DNA of 64,000 nucleotides from Eledone cirrhosa. Taxonomy: Eukaryota. Shown piece by piece: positions 1 to 11,842 of this stretch (positions within the stretch are counted from its first letter, which is position 1; each line of letters begins with the position of its first letter). The stretch covers positions 328,290,001 to 328,354,000 of the forward strand of contig OZ024740.1 in the NCBI GenBank assembly GCA_964016885.1, given 5' to 3'. The notes beneath the pieces are model-generated. The model did not search any database, was not told the origin of the DNA, and saw only the letters and a program-made list of their open reading frames with translations. The translations under genes and the position numbers were made by a program.

Positions 1-289
1 TCTCTACCTATTTACCATATATGTTTTATTATTGATGTTATTGTTTTGATTATACGCTATTTTTCTATATGTCTTGCCTCGAGTGAATTACTTTCATATC
101 TACTCACTCTGATGTAAATAATGTATTGGAGATCGAATGACGCAACCTCAAGCGATTAGCGAACTCTAGACTCACCTGATCAACGAAACAATTGTCAGTA
201 CTTTAAATAAAGCCCTTATTGTACAGCCAACCATGTTACTCTTCATTCTTTAACTATATATACTATATATATACTAAATTATTATTACT

Positions 290-474
290 CGGTGGATTGG
301 CACTATCGGTAGAGGGTCGGACGCCATGCTTCCAGCATAGTTACGTCCCTTTACGATCTGAGTTCAAATCCCGCCGAGGTTAATTTTGCCTTTCATCCTT
401 ACGGGGTCGATAAAATAAAGTACCAGTAATGCACTGGGTAATTTCTGGCCTTGTGCCAAAAGTAGAAACAATTA
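290..474 (+). mobile_element. tRNA-derived SINE, family 1 (Deu/Nin-like core)
   Basis: A-box-like GGTGGATTGGCA and B-box GAGTTCAAATCC, then core GCCTTTCATCCTTACGGGGTCGATAAAATAAAGTACC. About 10 similar copies occur in the window. Confidence 0.85.
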
Positions 475-592
475 CTATATATATATATATATATATTAAT
501 TAAACTATTTTTCACCGTGAACAATTTGTCAGCATTTTCTTTTCCGTTTACCAATATATCATAACTTGTGTGTTACACCTCTATTCTTTTAA

Positions 593-629
<37 letters not shown>

Positions 630-1100
630 AGTATATTTATGCGTGTACATTTATGTGTGCATACGCATACATACGCATTTAATATGGCATTTTGAATTTT
701 TTTCTACTTTCTCTGTAGTTAACTCCGGAGCTTACAGTCATACATAAGTCAATCTGGTTTGCCAAAATCTTATCAAAATTTTTGTTCAAGATGAGACAAA
801 CGCGAAACTGAATGTTAACCACGCATCTTAACCACGCGGCCAGGCCCTGACCCATTTATATCTTTAAAACTGTAAAGAATGTAATGAATATCTTATACAA
901 GCACCTGAAACATTTAGAGATTTGTTCTTTTTGAAGGAATCTCGTGAAACATTTCACTCCAAATACCGTTCCATAAGTCTTCTAGAAATAGGGAGAATGC
1001 AAGCGGAATCCAGATTTATAACACACACACACACACGAATCTATGCACTGCCTTCACACAAACAAATACAGACAGACATACACACTCACACACACATACA

Positions 1101-1148
<48 letters not shown>

Positions 1149-1571
1149 TATATATGTGAATACCACATGTGCTTTTACGTGCCTCTGTGTCATTCACAAA
1201 TTTGGTACAGAGCAAAATACCTGTTGATAACGTGATATTCCTTGTTCGATCATTATACCTAAAGCTTATATTTTTAAGCAGACAGTATTTTCATTTAGGT
1301 CTCATAGAAACCCTGCATTTGGATTTTAACATCAATTCCAACGGGGTCAGGTCTGTGTTTTTTATCATTTACTTTGTTTTGATCTGTTTAGCTTGATTTA
1401 CTTTTTGGCTTAGGTGGTTGATGGTTTCTTGACCACTATTTCAGTTTTGTATGGCCTCTTAACATATTGTTTAGCTCTGGTTTTTTAACTATGGAGCGCT
1501 TGCCAGTATCATTTCTGATTTTTGTGTTTTCGTTTCGCCTTTTCTACCCGCCGAAATGCGATTCTCGCTGA

Positions 1572-1617
<46 letters not shown>

Positions 1618-1622
1618 TTATA

Positions 1623-1657
<35 letters not shown>

Positions 1658-1675
1658 TTATCTATCTATCTATCT
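1572..1675 (+). repeat. (TATC)n microsatellite, 5' flank of Tx1 LINE
   Basis: Read directly from the sequence. Confidence 0.95.
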
Positions 1676-1886
1676 CTGGGATGGACACACGCGTATAACT
1701 TGCTGAGTAAGTTCTGTTTAAATTTCTATAGAAATTCTTGTCTGATAACTTTAATTTTTGTACCATTTTGTAGAGGGACTGCCAGGTCAAACTTTGATCT
1801 GGTCAGTCTCTCAAAATATTCTACGCCTTTAGGCGAAATAGTTAAAAAAAAAGTTTTTTCTTGTTGAAAAGTTTATATTTTTTTAA

Positions 1887-3674
1887 ATGGCCGAAGCTTC
1901 TTCACCAAAATTCGAAGGAGGAAAGGGGAAGATGAACTTACAGCTTCCCCCTGCCACTGTCACAGTAGCAGAGGTCAAGAAGATAGGTCAGCCAGAGGAA
2001 GAATTCTCTCCACCTGTTAACCGACAACTTGACGTTGCCATGGCAACAACCCAAAGAACCAGCAGCAACAGCAACAACAACAACAATGCGACGGACGAAA
2101 ACAACACCAATAACAATAACAATAACAACAACAAGACCAATAACGGTGACAACAACAACAATGATAACAACAACACCACCAACGACAACAACAACACAAA
2201 CAAACAAAATTTCTCCTTCGCCGAGACGACAAGGAAAACCCTCGACTATCTGCCAGTAGATATAACAAAAGCGAAGGAGCTACTGGCGGATGCGAAAAAA
2301 TATATAGTGTACGGGGAAAATGGTTCATTCACAATCCATTCCCCCCCGGAACTAAAAAGCCAGAGACTCCTAAACACGGTCATGTTTAGGACAATCTCGA
2401 ACAAAAGTAAAAAACCAGCTCAACCATCACAGAGCGAGATAGAGCTGGTTTTAAAAGACGTCATGAAGGACATCACCTTCATTCAGAAGGATAGACTCTA
2501 CGGGAGTCTATCCATTCTCATGAAGGACAGGGACACAGCAGTGAAACTGTCCATCAAACCAATCACATCCACCGCATACACCTTCTACCCTACGTACATG
2601 GGTAGAAGAACACAAAAAATAAAAATCCACACCATCCTGCCGATTATGGACATATGGTGGGTTTTGACAGGTTTTCTGGACCTGGAGGATGACATGCTGG
2701 TGTCCATGGGAAAGGCATCGGGTGACGCGTTCAGTGGAACGAGCCTCGAACTTGTAGTTCAAATGAGGCCCGAAAGGATCGCCCAGATCCCTGAACGCGT
2801 CATACTGGATGATCTAACCTTCATCAACATTACCGTTGAGGGTAGACGGCCCTCGTGTTACCTCTGCGGAACCAGAGGTCACCTGAGGGCTGTCTGTCCC
2901 CAACTTAATAAGAAAACCCCAATCCTGCCTACACCACCAACAACTGCACAACCAACACAATCACCACAACTACCACTACAAAAACAACCACCACAGCTCA
3001 AACCAAAACAAAACAATGTCCAACCCATCCCCTCTACTCAAAAAACAAAAACAATTTCCAAAACACCCGTACCGCAAACACAACCCGAAAATATACCCCT
3101 CCCCTCCAACGCGGAAGATGACCCTAGTTCGTCGTCAGACGAGGAGGAGCACTTCCACACAATCAAAAGAAAAAAAAGAAAACACACCTCAGACACACAA
3201 ATGAAAAAAAACCCTCCCCAAAACATAACACTGACACCAACACAAAAGAGCTCACAACAGCAAACAAAAAACACCACACAAAAACAAAAACATGCATACA
3301 CATACATAAATACAAGAAACAAAAAACTGTTAAACATTGTGTACAACAACAATCTAATAAAAACACAAGGGCCTAACTTCACCCAGGCAGGGGATTTCCC
3401 CCACCTCAAAATGATTAAGGCCCCACAGGACACCTATAAAACTTTAAAAAACAATTTTAAAGAGGACGTGGGTCCCCCCTGCGTCGGGCCCATTAACCGC
3501 GTCCTCCTAAAAAACTATCCCACCCCCTCCCCAAACACCCTCACAACTCCAAGCTCCCCAACCACACAACACACTGATGCCCCCACACTTCCACAAACCA
3601 CCACCCCACCCAACAACCCATCCCCCACCCTAATGGAAATTGTGCAGCCCGATACCCGGGACGCAGAGAGGTAA
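1887..3674 (+). CDS. LINE ORF1 nucleic-acid-binding protein
   Basis: 595-aa open frame with zinc knuckle CYLCGTRGHLRAVC (CX2CX4HX4C), poly-Asn tract, acidic/basic patch SSSSDEEE...KRKKRK and Pro/Thr-rich tail. Confidence 0.88.
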   Translation: MAEASSPKFEGGKGKMNLQLPPATVTVAEVKKIGQPEEEFSPPVNRQLDVAMATTQRTSSNSNNNNNATDENNTNNNNNNNNKTNNGDNNNNDNNNTTNDNNNTNKQNFSFAETTRKTLDYLPVDITKAKELLADAKKYIVYGENGSFTIHSPPELKSQRLLNTVMFRTISNKSKKPAQPSQSEIELVLKDVMKDITFIQKDRLYGSLSILMKDRDTAVKLSIKPITSTAYTFYPTYMGRRTQKIKIHTILPIMDIWWVLTGFLDLEDDMLVSMGKASGDAFSGTSLELVVQMRPERIAQIPERVILDDLTFINITVEGRRPSCYLCGTRGHLRAVCPQLNKKTPILPTPPTTAQPTQSPQLPLQKQPPQLKPKQNNVQPIPSTQKTKTISKTPVPQTQPENIPLPSNAEDDPSSSSDEEEHFHTIKRKKRKHTSDTQMKKNPPQNITLTPTQKSSQQQTKNTTQKQKHAYTYINTRNKKLLNIVYNNNLIKTQGPNFTQAGDFPHLKMIKAPQDTYKTLKNNFKEDVGPPCVGPINRVLLKNYPTPSPNTLTTPSSPTTQHTDAPTLPQTTTPPNNPSPTLMEIVQPDTRDAER

Positions 3675-3698
3675 GTGCCTTTTCTCTTCACCACCAAC

Positions 3699-6600
3699 AT
3701 GGCTATGCTAAGAGTAGGCTGTTTAAATGCGCGTGGCCTGGGCTCAACTTGGAAGCAAGTAATGCTTCTAAATGACCTCAGGTCACAACGTATAGATGTG
3801 ATGGTTATTTGCGAGGCCCGGATCAGCAACGTGCGACAGCTGGCCCCCACCTTTGATGACTTTGAGATGCACGCATCTCTCTGTCAGCCCGGAGGTGGGG
3901 GTGGAGTTGTCGTTCTGCTGCAAAAACATCTGGGTCTCGCAACACAGATGGTGCATTTGGACCCGGAGGGTCGACTAGTGGTTCTGGACCTTGGCAGTGG
4001 TAAAGGCGGAGCGTTTAGGTTGGTAGCCGCCTACGGCCCTTTCGGGTCAATGCGGCCGGACTTCTTCCATCGTCTGGAGACTTTTCTAGGGACGTCCCGC
4101 TCCTTGCTATTAGTGGGGGACTGGAATGGTATCCTAGATGCACGCTGGGACTACGTAGGGGCCTGCCCCGATAGAGAGGGGTGTAATAGCCTCAAAGGGT
4201 TAATCGGTCGATTTGACCTGGCCGATAGATATCGACTAGATTTTCCGACTGCGCCAACCTGGACTTGGGCAAATCGTAGCGGATCATCTAGGTCGTACCT
4301 AGATAGGTTCTTAGTTAGAATTAAGGATAAGGACTTTTTAAGTTGTCCAAAAATGCGCATGGTTGGCTATTCAGACCACAAATTAGTGACCTGCATGGTC
4401 AACCTTGACAGAACTCATAGACAGGGCCCCGGTTACTGGAAGCTCAACTTGTCCTTGCCGGCAAGTAGAGCCTACAGGAATCGGATTAGTACATTAGTTA
4501 AGGAACGGTTGACTGGAGCGATCGTCAACAGCAGGTGGTGGGTATCTCTAAAGAGAGAGATTAGAGTAGTCTCGATAGAATTTAGTAAGGTTCTAGCTGC
4601 GGATAGGAATAGGAAGGAAAGGGAGCTAATAGATAGAGTAGAAGAGGCAATTAGAAGCGGCGACGTGGCCAGAGTGCTAGCGTCGAGAACGGCTTTGAGC
4701 CAGTTTTTCGACGCGAAGCACGAAGGCTGCGTTGTCCGAAGTAAAATACGTGCTCTAGGGAACGAGGGGACCAAAGCTGTTAGCTGGGCCCGCGTGACAG
4801 AGGCCAACAGTGGAACTAAATCCACCATCCGGTCTTTGCGAGACCTGGATGGACGGGCGATTCTTGAGCCTAAGCAGATGTGTGAGGCCTTTCAAAGGCA
4901 CTTTGCCCGACTGTTCGGGAGGGGCGGGGAGCCGGTTGGGAACGTGGACTTCGGTCCATACCTCGACGGCCTGCCGCGCCTCTCGGACAGGGAGGCGAAG
5001 TCCTGCGAGGAGCCGATTTCGGCCGCTGAGATAGAGGACGTGCTGAGCCAATGCGGCAAACGCAAATCCCCGGGTCTCGATGGTCTTCCTTACGAATTAT
5101 ATCTAGCTATGCCGGACTTGTTCCCCGATCTCCTCGAGGCGGTCTACTGCAACTGGCAACAGAACGGGAGAATTCCCTGTACTGTGACCAAGGGCGTAGT
5201 CACGCTAGTGAGGAAGGACGAGAACAAGGGGGACGAAATAAGTAACTTCAGGCCCATAACTCTGCTAAATACAGAGTTACAGATTTTGGCCAAGGTGCTA
5301 GCAAAGAGGTTGGCGCTTGTCGTGGGCAACCTGGTGGGAGATGCGCAGACATGCGCTATCCCGTCCAGGTCCATCCATGACAACCTCCACCTCATGCGAT
5401 ACATCATAGAGAGGGTTGGGAACGAACCCGGCTTTGGTGGGGCTCTGATCAACTTGGATCAATCTAAGGCGTTCGATAGGGTCGACCATGGTTACCTGGA
5501 TGCGGTGCTAGCGGCGGCAGGCTTCGGACCCGTTTTCAGGGGCTGGATCACTGCTATGCACAGCAGCCGCATCTGCTCTAGGGTCAAGGTGAACGGCTAC
5601 CTCTCGGAGCCGTTCAAAATCGCGCGGTCCATCCGACAAGGGTGCCCTCTCTCCTCCCTTCTGTATGTGTTGACTCTCGAGCCACTACTGCGGAAGTTGG
5701 AGTTGTTGCAGGGCATCCCTTTGGAACCGGGATTGCGGAAAGCGGTGTCGGCCTACGCCGATGACGTGACAGTAATGGTGTCGACGGCCTCCGAAATCGA
5801 TGCGGTCGGCACCTTACTGGAGGAGTACGAAAAGTTCACAGGGGCTAAGCTGAACCGGGACAAGTCGATCGGTTTGCAACTCGGCACGTGGAGGGGCAGA
5901 CCGATGCCCTCCGATAGCGTCGTCGGACGCTGGACGGAGGGCCCGGTGAAGTTGCTCGGGGTCTGGTTCGGACCGGACCTCCAGGTGGAGAAAAACTGGG
6001 CGGAGGTTACGAACAGGGTGTTTGCACTGACCCAGAAGTGGGCCAGTTGCAAACTATCCCTGAAAGGTCGGGCGGAGGTGGCGAACACCTACATAGCGTC
6101 CGTCATCTACTACCGCCTGACCGTAGTACCCTGCCCAAGGGAAACCCTCACCAAGATGGAGCGCGCGCTCTTCCAATTCCTTTGGAAGAGGCGGGCTCCT
6201 ATGGTGAGGAGATCCATCTGCTGTCAACACCCTTCGAAAGGAGGGCTGGGGATGCCGTGGCTAATGATGCGTAAACACGCATTAAGGCTACGGCACCTCT
6301 ACGTATTCCTCACCGGACAACCGGTGTGGGCCTCGTTTGTGAGACGAACCTTTCCCAGACTCGTCTCACTCACCGAGCTGCAATCCTGGGTCAAGCAGAG
6401 ACCGAGAAAACTGGGCGCCTGGCACACTGAGTGTGCCCAGGCGCTCACCGCCCTCTGGCAGGCGGATCCGGTTATCAGTGGAGACTCCACCGCAACATTC
6501 TATAGAGGGCTGGTACGCAGCAGGTGCGACGACGCCCTCGGAGAAGCCCTAGACATGGAGGGGGACGAACTGGCCAGCCTGTTCGGTAGGACATTCAGCC

Positions 6601-7136
6601 CGGGACCTATGGACAACTTCCAGAAGTCCCTGGCCTGGCAGTGCTACCGAGGGGCTTTACCCGTTCGAGAAAGGCTCTACAGACACGGGCGCCCGGGTAG
6701 GGACCCCGCCAAAAAGATCTGTCCCAGATGCGTGTGCGACGAGGAAACCGTTGCACACGCATTAGTACACTGCTCGGGCGTAGCCGATCTGTGGGGCTAT
6801 GTCGAACAACTGCTGTCAAGGGTGGGACCGATCCGGTTGACCACCGAGTCTATTGTAATGATCAAGCCGCCTCCCCCCTTCAAAGATGAAGCAGAGGCGG
6901 TGTTTCTGTGCGTAATAGCCATGGCGAAAGAGGTTGTATGGTGGACGCGTCTGAAAGGACTGAGGTCGGGCACCTTTCTCTCTGGCCAACAACTGGTCCG
7001 TTTCTTCCGATATCATTTCGGAAGAAGGATCAGGATGGAGAGAAAGGTGCTGCACCCCAGCTGTTTCTATGAAAGATGGGTGAAAGTGGCGAGAATGGCC
7101 CGTGTGAATGGGCCTTCACTCTACATCAGACTATAG
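3699..7136 (+). CDS. LINE ORF2: APE endonuclease + reverse transcriptase + C-terminal Cys/His finger
   Basis: EN motifs LNARGL, GDWN, YLDRF and SDH. RT motifs KSPGLDG, FRPITLLN, LDQSKAFDRV, RQGCPLS and YADD. C-terminal CPRC...H...C. First ATG is at 3699 (the track starts at GTG 3675). Confidence 0.95.
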   Translation: MAMLRVGCLNARGLGSTWKQVMLLNDLRSQRIDVMVICEARISNVRQLAPTFDDFEMHASLCQPGGGGGVVVLLQKHLGLATQMVHLDPEGRLVVLDLGSGKGGAFRLVAAYGPFGSMRPDFFHRLETFLGTSRSLLLVGDWNGILDARWDYVGACPDREGCNSLKGLIGRFDLADRYRLDFPTAPTWTWANRSGSSRSYLDRFLVRIKDKDFLSCPKMRMVGYSDHKLVTCMVNLDRTHRQGPGYWKLNLSLPASRAYRNRISTLVKERLTGAIVNSRWWVSLKREIRVVSIEFSKVLAADRNRKERELIDRVEEAIRSGDVARVLASRTALSQFFDAKHEGCVVRSKIRALGNEGTKAVSWARVTEANSGTKSTIRSLRDLDGRAILEPKQMCEAFQRHFARLFGRGGEPVGNVDFGPYLDGLPRLSDREAKSCEEPISAAEIEDVLSQCGKRKSPGLDGLPYELYLAMPDLFPDLLEAVYCNWQQNGRIPCTVTKGVVTLVRKDENKGDEISNFRPITLLNTELQILAKVLAKRLALVVGNLVGDAQTCAIPSRSIHDNLHLMRYIIERVGNEPGFGGALINLDQSKAFDRVDHGYLDAVLAAAGFGPVFRGWITAMHSSRICSRVKVNGYLSEPFKIARSIRQGCPLSSLLYVLTLEPLLRKLELLQGIPLEPGLRKAVSAYADDVTVMVSTASEIDAVGTLLEEYEKFTGAKLNRDKSIGLQLGTWRGRPMPSDSVVGRWTEGPVKLLGVWFGPDLQVEKNWAEVTNRVFALTQKWASCKLSLKGRAEVANTYIASVIYYRLTVVPCPRETLTKMERALFQFLWKRRAPMVRRSICCQHPSKGGLGMPWLMMRKHALRLRHLYVFLTGQPVWASFVRRTFPRLVSLTELQSWVKQRPRKLGAWHTECAQALTALWQADPVISGDSTATFYRGLVRSRCDDALGEALDMEGDELASLFGRTFSPGPMDNFQKSLAWQCYRGALPVRERLYRHGRPGRDPAKKICPRCVCDEETVAHALVHCSGVADLWGYVEQLLSRVGPIRLTTESIVMIKPPPPFKDEAEAVFLCVIAMAKEVVWWTRLKGLRSGTFLSGQQLVRFFRYHFGRRIRMERKVLHPSCFYERWVKVARMARVNGPSLYIRL

Positions 7137-7400
7137 GTGAGGAAGATGAAAGACCAAGGGAGCACCCCTTCCCTGTGCTCCTGAGGAGAAGGGTTGCACA
7201 CTTTTTTCGGGGGTGTGTGCGACCCCCCAAGGCGCCTCCTCTCTATTGAGGATTTTGTTAAAAATTTTATTTTTTGTTATATCTTATTTTATTTTTATAT
7301 TTTGTTATTGCCTCCTCCTTATTGAGGACGCCTTTTTGTGTAAACTCCCCCCTTTGTACTTGTCCCACTTTTGATGCCCTAGTGGCAAATAAAAGAAATA

Positions 7401-7526
<126 letters not shown>

Positions 7527-8119
7527 TAAAAAGGAAAAGAAAATGCTGACAAATTTTTCCCAGTGAAAAATAGTTTAATTAAGGATAAGTATAAATTAGT
7601 AATAAGTATTAGTTAGTATTCAGATTTAGTTTTAAGTTTTTATCGGTTGCGCATTACTTATGTTTTTCAAAAATAATTTTGAGATAGAGTGCTCGTGATT
7701 TTTGCTCTAATCGGATAAGTTTTGGAAATTCTTCCTGTTTTATGTGAAAAAAGTGGCTTGGGAGGTATTAAAATTTGGTTGGTTGTTGAATGTCACGTGA
7801 CATTATTAGCTGTCATCATCAAGCTAGAAACTAGTTCATCGTTCCTTTATCAGTGTTGAACAAAAGGGCAACGATGGTTGCCGAACACAGTACGGCTAAT
7901 AATTCGGGCTGTTTGTTTACAAACAAACCGAGCATTATAATAAATGTTCGGTAAATCCATACGTACATTTATATATATGTGTGCATGTATGTATGTATAT
8001 ACATACTACTGTACGTCTGTATACATATACATACTTATATTTAAGTATCAGCCGTACTAAGAGTGAGAAATGAAATTTCATTTTTTCCATTTATATATAT
8101 ATATAAATCTACCGCTTTG

Positions 8120-8186
<67 letters not shown>

Positions 8187-8399
8187 CGTTTCTGAATTTG
8201 TTTAGCAAGATTCTTTATCTGAAATCGTGTGTTGAAACCGATATTGTTATACTTTGGGAGGGTCATGTTGCCAATAAGAAACACACGCACCAGTTGCTTT
8301 CACTTCAATTTAATTTAATATATATTTATAAATTTACAAATTTATAAATTTCTGGTTGGTTGGTTGGTTCCACAACCAGATAGTTGTTTATATATATAT

Positions 8400-8444
8400 A
8401 GTCATAGTTCTTTCGTCACACACTCTGTGACCTCTTCAGTGACT
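8400..8444 (-). ncRNA. Minimal hammerhead ribozyme motif (family A)
   Basis: Reverse complement of 8558-8602. Confidence 0.72.
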
Positions 8445-8557
8445 GGGGATTTCTTTCTTCGTTTCTGTGCCTTTCCTTTCTTCTATCCTACGCCATTTTT
8501 GAAAAATGGCGTAGGATAGAAGAAAGGAAAGGCACAGAAACGAAGAAAGAAATCCCC

Positions 8558-8602
8558 AGTCACTGAAGAGGTCACAGAGTGTGTGACGAAAGAACTATGA
8601 CT
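8558..8602 (+). ncRNA. Minimal hammerhead ribozyme motif (family A)
   Basis: AGTCA-CTGAAGA-G-GTCACA gagtg TGTGAC-GAAA-GAAC-TA-TGACT: 5-bp stem I, 6-bp stem II with one extra nt after A9, minimal stem III. Confidence 0.72.
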
Positions 8603-8825
8603 ATATATATATAAACAACTATCTGGTTGTGGAACCAACCAACCAACCAGAAATTTATAAATTTGTAAATTTATAAATATATATTAAATTAAATTGAAGT
8701 GAAAGCAACTGGTGCGTGTGTTTCTTATTGGCAACATGACCCTCCCAAAGTATAACAATATATATATATATATATATATATAATTAGAAAGCGGTAGATT
8801 ATGATGCACCCTGCACACACGCACG

Positions 8826-8872
<47 letters not shown>

Positions 8873-9414
8873 ACACAAATAAATATGATGGCTGTTGACT
8901 TCATTATATGCTTTGAAGATGGGAAAGATACACTCTGATATGTCATGAGTAGCACTTCAACGCATGCCATGAAAGCATCAGTGGCAGACAAATGGTGAAT
9001 GGACGCGCATACATTACATCTTCTGAGCAACGAAAATATGGAAGAGTCAGAATTTCAATATCGCAGATGGACGTCATACTGAAGTCCCTGTAACAAGCGG
9101 TCTTATGTTTCTATGTGGCTCCAATGGTTGTGCCTTGAATTGGTCTAGGTGAAAAAAAATATGAAACAATATAGGAGCGAACTGTGCTTATGTATCAGCT
9201 AGTAGGAAACGAGGAACATCCTCTAACTGTTTGTAATATGTTAAACTATGTATGTTTGGTCCCGTAACTTTTGATAGAGTCGTATGGGCGCCGTATTCAC
9301 TTACGGCGTTTCTAGGACATTTTATCTCCTCTCCGGGCTTGAGTACAGCAGATTTCTTCCAGAGAAAGATAGAAAGTGAGAGAGAGGAAATGAGAAAGAG
9401 ATATAGAGGAAGAC

Positions 9415-9566
9415 CCCCAGTACTAGACTGATACTTTTTATCGACCACGAATGGATGAAAGGCAAAGTTGACCTCGGCGGGATTTGAACTCAGAGAGCAG
9501 AGAGCCGAAACGAATACCGCAAAGCATTCTATCCGACGTTCTAACGACTCTGCCAATTCACCGCCT
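9415..9566 (-). mobile_element. SINE family 1 copy
   Basis: Reverse complement of the B-box and core (GGATGAAAGGCAAAGTTGACCTCGGCGGGATTTGAACTC on + strand). Confidence 0.8.
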
Positions 9567-10885
9567 GATATGTTAAACCAGCAACTATTAAAAACAAAGC
9601 AGGATGGTAAGAAGCTACAAATACCACCGGTTTCAAATGAAAGAATCATCCACTCATGTGTTTCTATGTGCAAGGCATAGATTCATGATATTGGATGGTC
9701 TTTAACTGACATGATTCCTCATCTTATTGGTGGGTTTTGTTTTTCTTCCCGCAGCGAGTCCAAAAATCTCCGGCCTCATGAAGTGGCTACCAGTTTAGTC
9801 ACCGATCACCTGTTTATGTAATCTGGCCTGGTCCATAATCAGGAAAGTACCACCCGATAAAGGGGGATCTTTCATATGCAAACTATGTCTGAACGGGACC
9901 CTCGAGATACTAAGAGGTGGAAGCGGCCTGATAAACCTCAGAACTAACTTCTTCGGGACATGCAGACACCTCAGGGCCGGGACCTTCCTCAAGATATATG
10001 GACAGTAGCAACACAATAAGATATGAACTCCCCTCAAGCTATAGGGACTTCTCCAGAACATGTAGACACCTCTCGGCCAAACCTCCCTCAAGCTATATGG
10101 GCAGTAACAACGCCATAGGTTGGGAACTCCCCTTAAGCCATAGGGACCAACCCAGGCTGAGCAGACACCATGATAGCCTAGATATTGATTCTGACACAGC
10201 CTTTTATAATTTGGCCAACATCTTTATAACACACACACATTTTAATTTACCTGATTTTTGATTTTTCAATTTTGATTTCTAATTATTCATTTGTTATTTG
10301 TTTTCTGTTTTCTTCATTTTATCACCTTATATTTATATTTAAGTTGAGATTGGTTATAACACACACACATTTTATTTGATTATCCTATTTCGTTTTACTC
10401 TTTTACCATCTTGTTCCTCCTACCAATCTATCCAACATATTTCTGACCTTGAGATTGGTTATAGCACACACACATTTTATCTTATTTATTCGAATCTTCA
10501 TTTTATTTTTCACTTCTCATTTTCATTTTTCATTTTCCATATTCATTTTTCATTACCTTTTCATTACCTTTTCATTAATTTTTCATTTATTCTCTATATA
10601 TTATTTATTTTCTGCTTACTTCATTTTATTGCCTTCTATTTCTTCATATACATGGCAGACCCCCCCCCCCCCCCAACCACCCCACCACCACTACCACCAC
10701 CACCACGGGAGATGGTGGCAGGAGGGATGAAGAAACACACACACAGATACTTCTAAATTGTCAGCAGCAGCAAGACATAAGCTGACCACAACACCAACCA
10801 CACTATCAAAATAAGGGTAGAGGTCTGATGTACTTAACAATAGCAAACACAAACACTACAGGGAGTCTCACCCCAGAAAGAATTT

Positions 10886-11842
10886 CTATGGGAAATTTGA
10901 CCTTACAAATCTTTATAACATTGAGATGGGTATAACACACACACATTTTATTCGATTATTTTATTTTATTTTGTTCCTTTACCATCTTATTCCTTCTACC
11001 ACTTTATCACTTTTTTTTAGCTGACTCCAACAATAACACCGCCACCAACACAAGACTGAGGAATGCTCTCAAAACTGACCAATGGGAAGTTTGACCTTAT
11101 AAATCTTTATAACATTGAGATGGGTATAACACACACACACATTTTATTCGATTATTTTATTTTATTTTGTTCCTTTACCATCTTATTCCTTCTACCACTT
11201 TATCACTTTTTTTTAGCTGACTCCAACAATAACACCGCCACCAACACAAGACTGAGGAATGCTCTCAAAACTGACCAATGGGAAGTTTGACCTTATAAAT
11301 CTTTATAACATTGAGATGGGTATAACACACACACACATTTTATTCGATTATTTTATTTTATTTTGTTCCTTTACCATCTTATTCCTTCTACCACTTTATC
11401 ACTTTTTTTTAGCTGACTCCAACAATAACACCGCCACCAACACAAGACTGAGGAATGCTCTCAAAACTGACCAATGGGAAGTTTGACCTTATAAATCTTT
11501 ATAACATTGAGATGGGTATAACACACACACACACATTTTATTCGATTATTTTATTTTATTTTGTTCCTTTACCATCTTATTCCTTCTACCACTTTATCAT
11601 TTTTTTTAGCTGACTCCAACAATAACACCGCCACCAACACAAGACTGAGGAATGCTCTCAAAACTGACCAATGGGAAGTTTGACCTTATAAATCTTTATA
11701 ACATTGAGATGGGTATAACACACACACACACATTTTATTCGATTATTTTATTTTATTTTGTTCCTTTACCATCTTATTCCTTCTACCACTTTATCACTTT
11801 TTTGAGCTGACTCCAACAATAACACCACTACCAACACAAGAG
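10886..11842 (+). repeat. Tandem array of about 5 units of ~196-198 bp
   Basis: Near-identical units (…GGAAGTTTGACCTTATAAATCTTTATAACATTGAGATGGG…CAACACAAGACTGAGGAATG…). These produce the duplicate 75-aa ORFs in the track. Confidence 0.95.

Larger units (their letters stand above)
1676..7398 (+). mobile_element. Full-length Tx1-like (L1 group) non-LTR retrotransposon
   Basis: About 210 nt of 5'UTR, intact ORF1 and ORF2, then a 3'UTR with AATAAA (7388-7393) and a short A-rich end. (TATC)n flanks both sides. Confidence 0.92.
8185..8761. mobile_element. Fold-back (palindromic) solo terminal repeat of the PLE family at 33229-38235
   Basis: Arms 8241-8500 and 8502-8761 are reverse complements. The sequence matches 37908-38235 and is flanked by (TA)n. 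Confidence 0.88.

Noticed and set aside
106-200. Hammerhead-like ACT-CTGATGT…GAAACAATTGTC-AGT at the window start
   Set aside because: The core is mutated and stem II is unconvincing. It is probably a decayed PLE end but cannot be supported.
290-380. tRNA gene
   Set aside because: A- and B-boxes are present, but there is no cloverleaf and the sequence continues into a multi-copy SINE body.
10886-11842. CRISPR-like array
   Set aside because: Whole units repeat with no unique spacers, there are no cas genes, and the context is eukaryotic.
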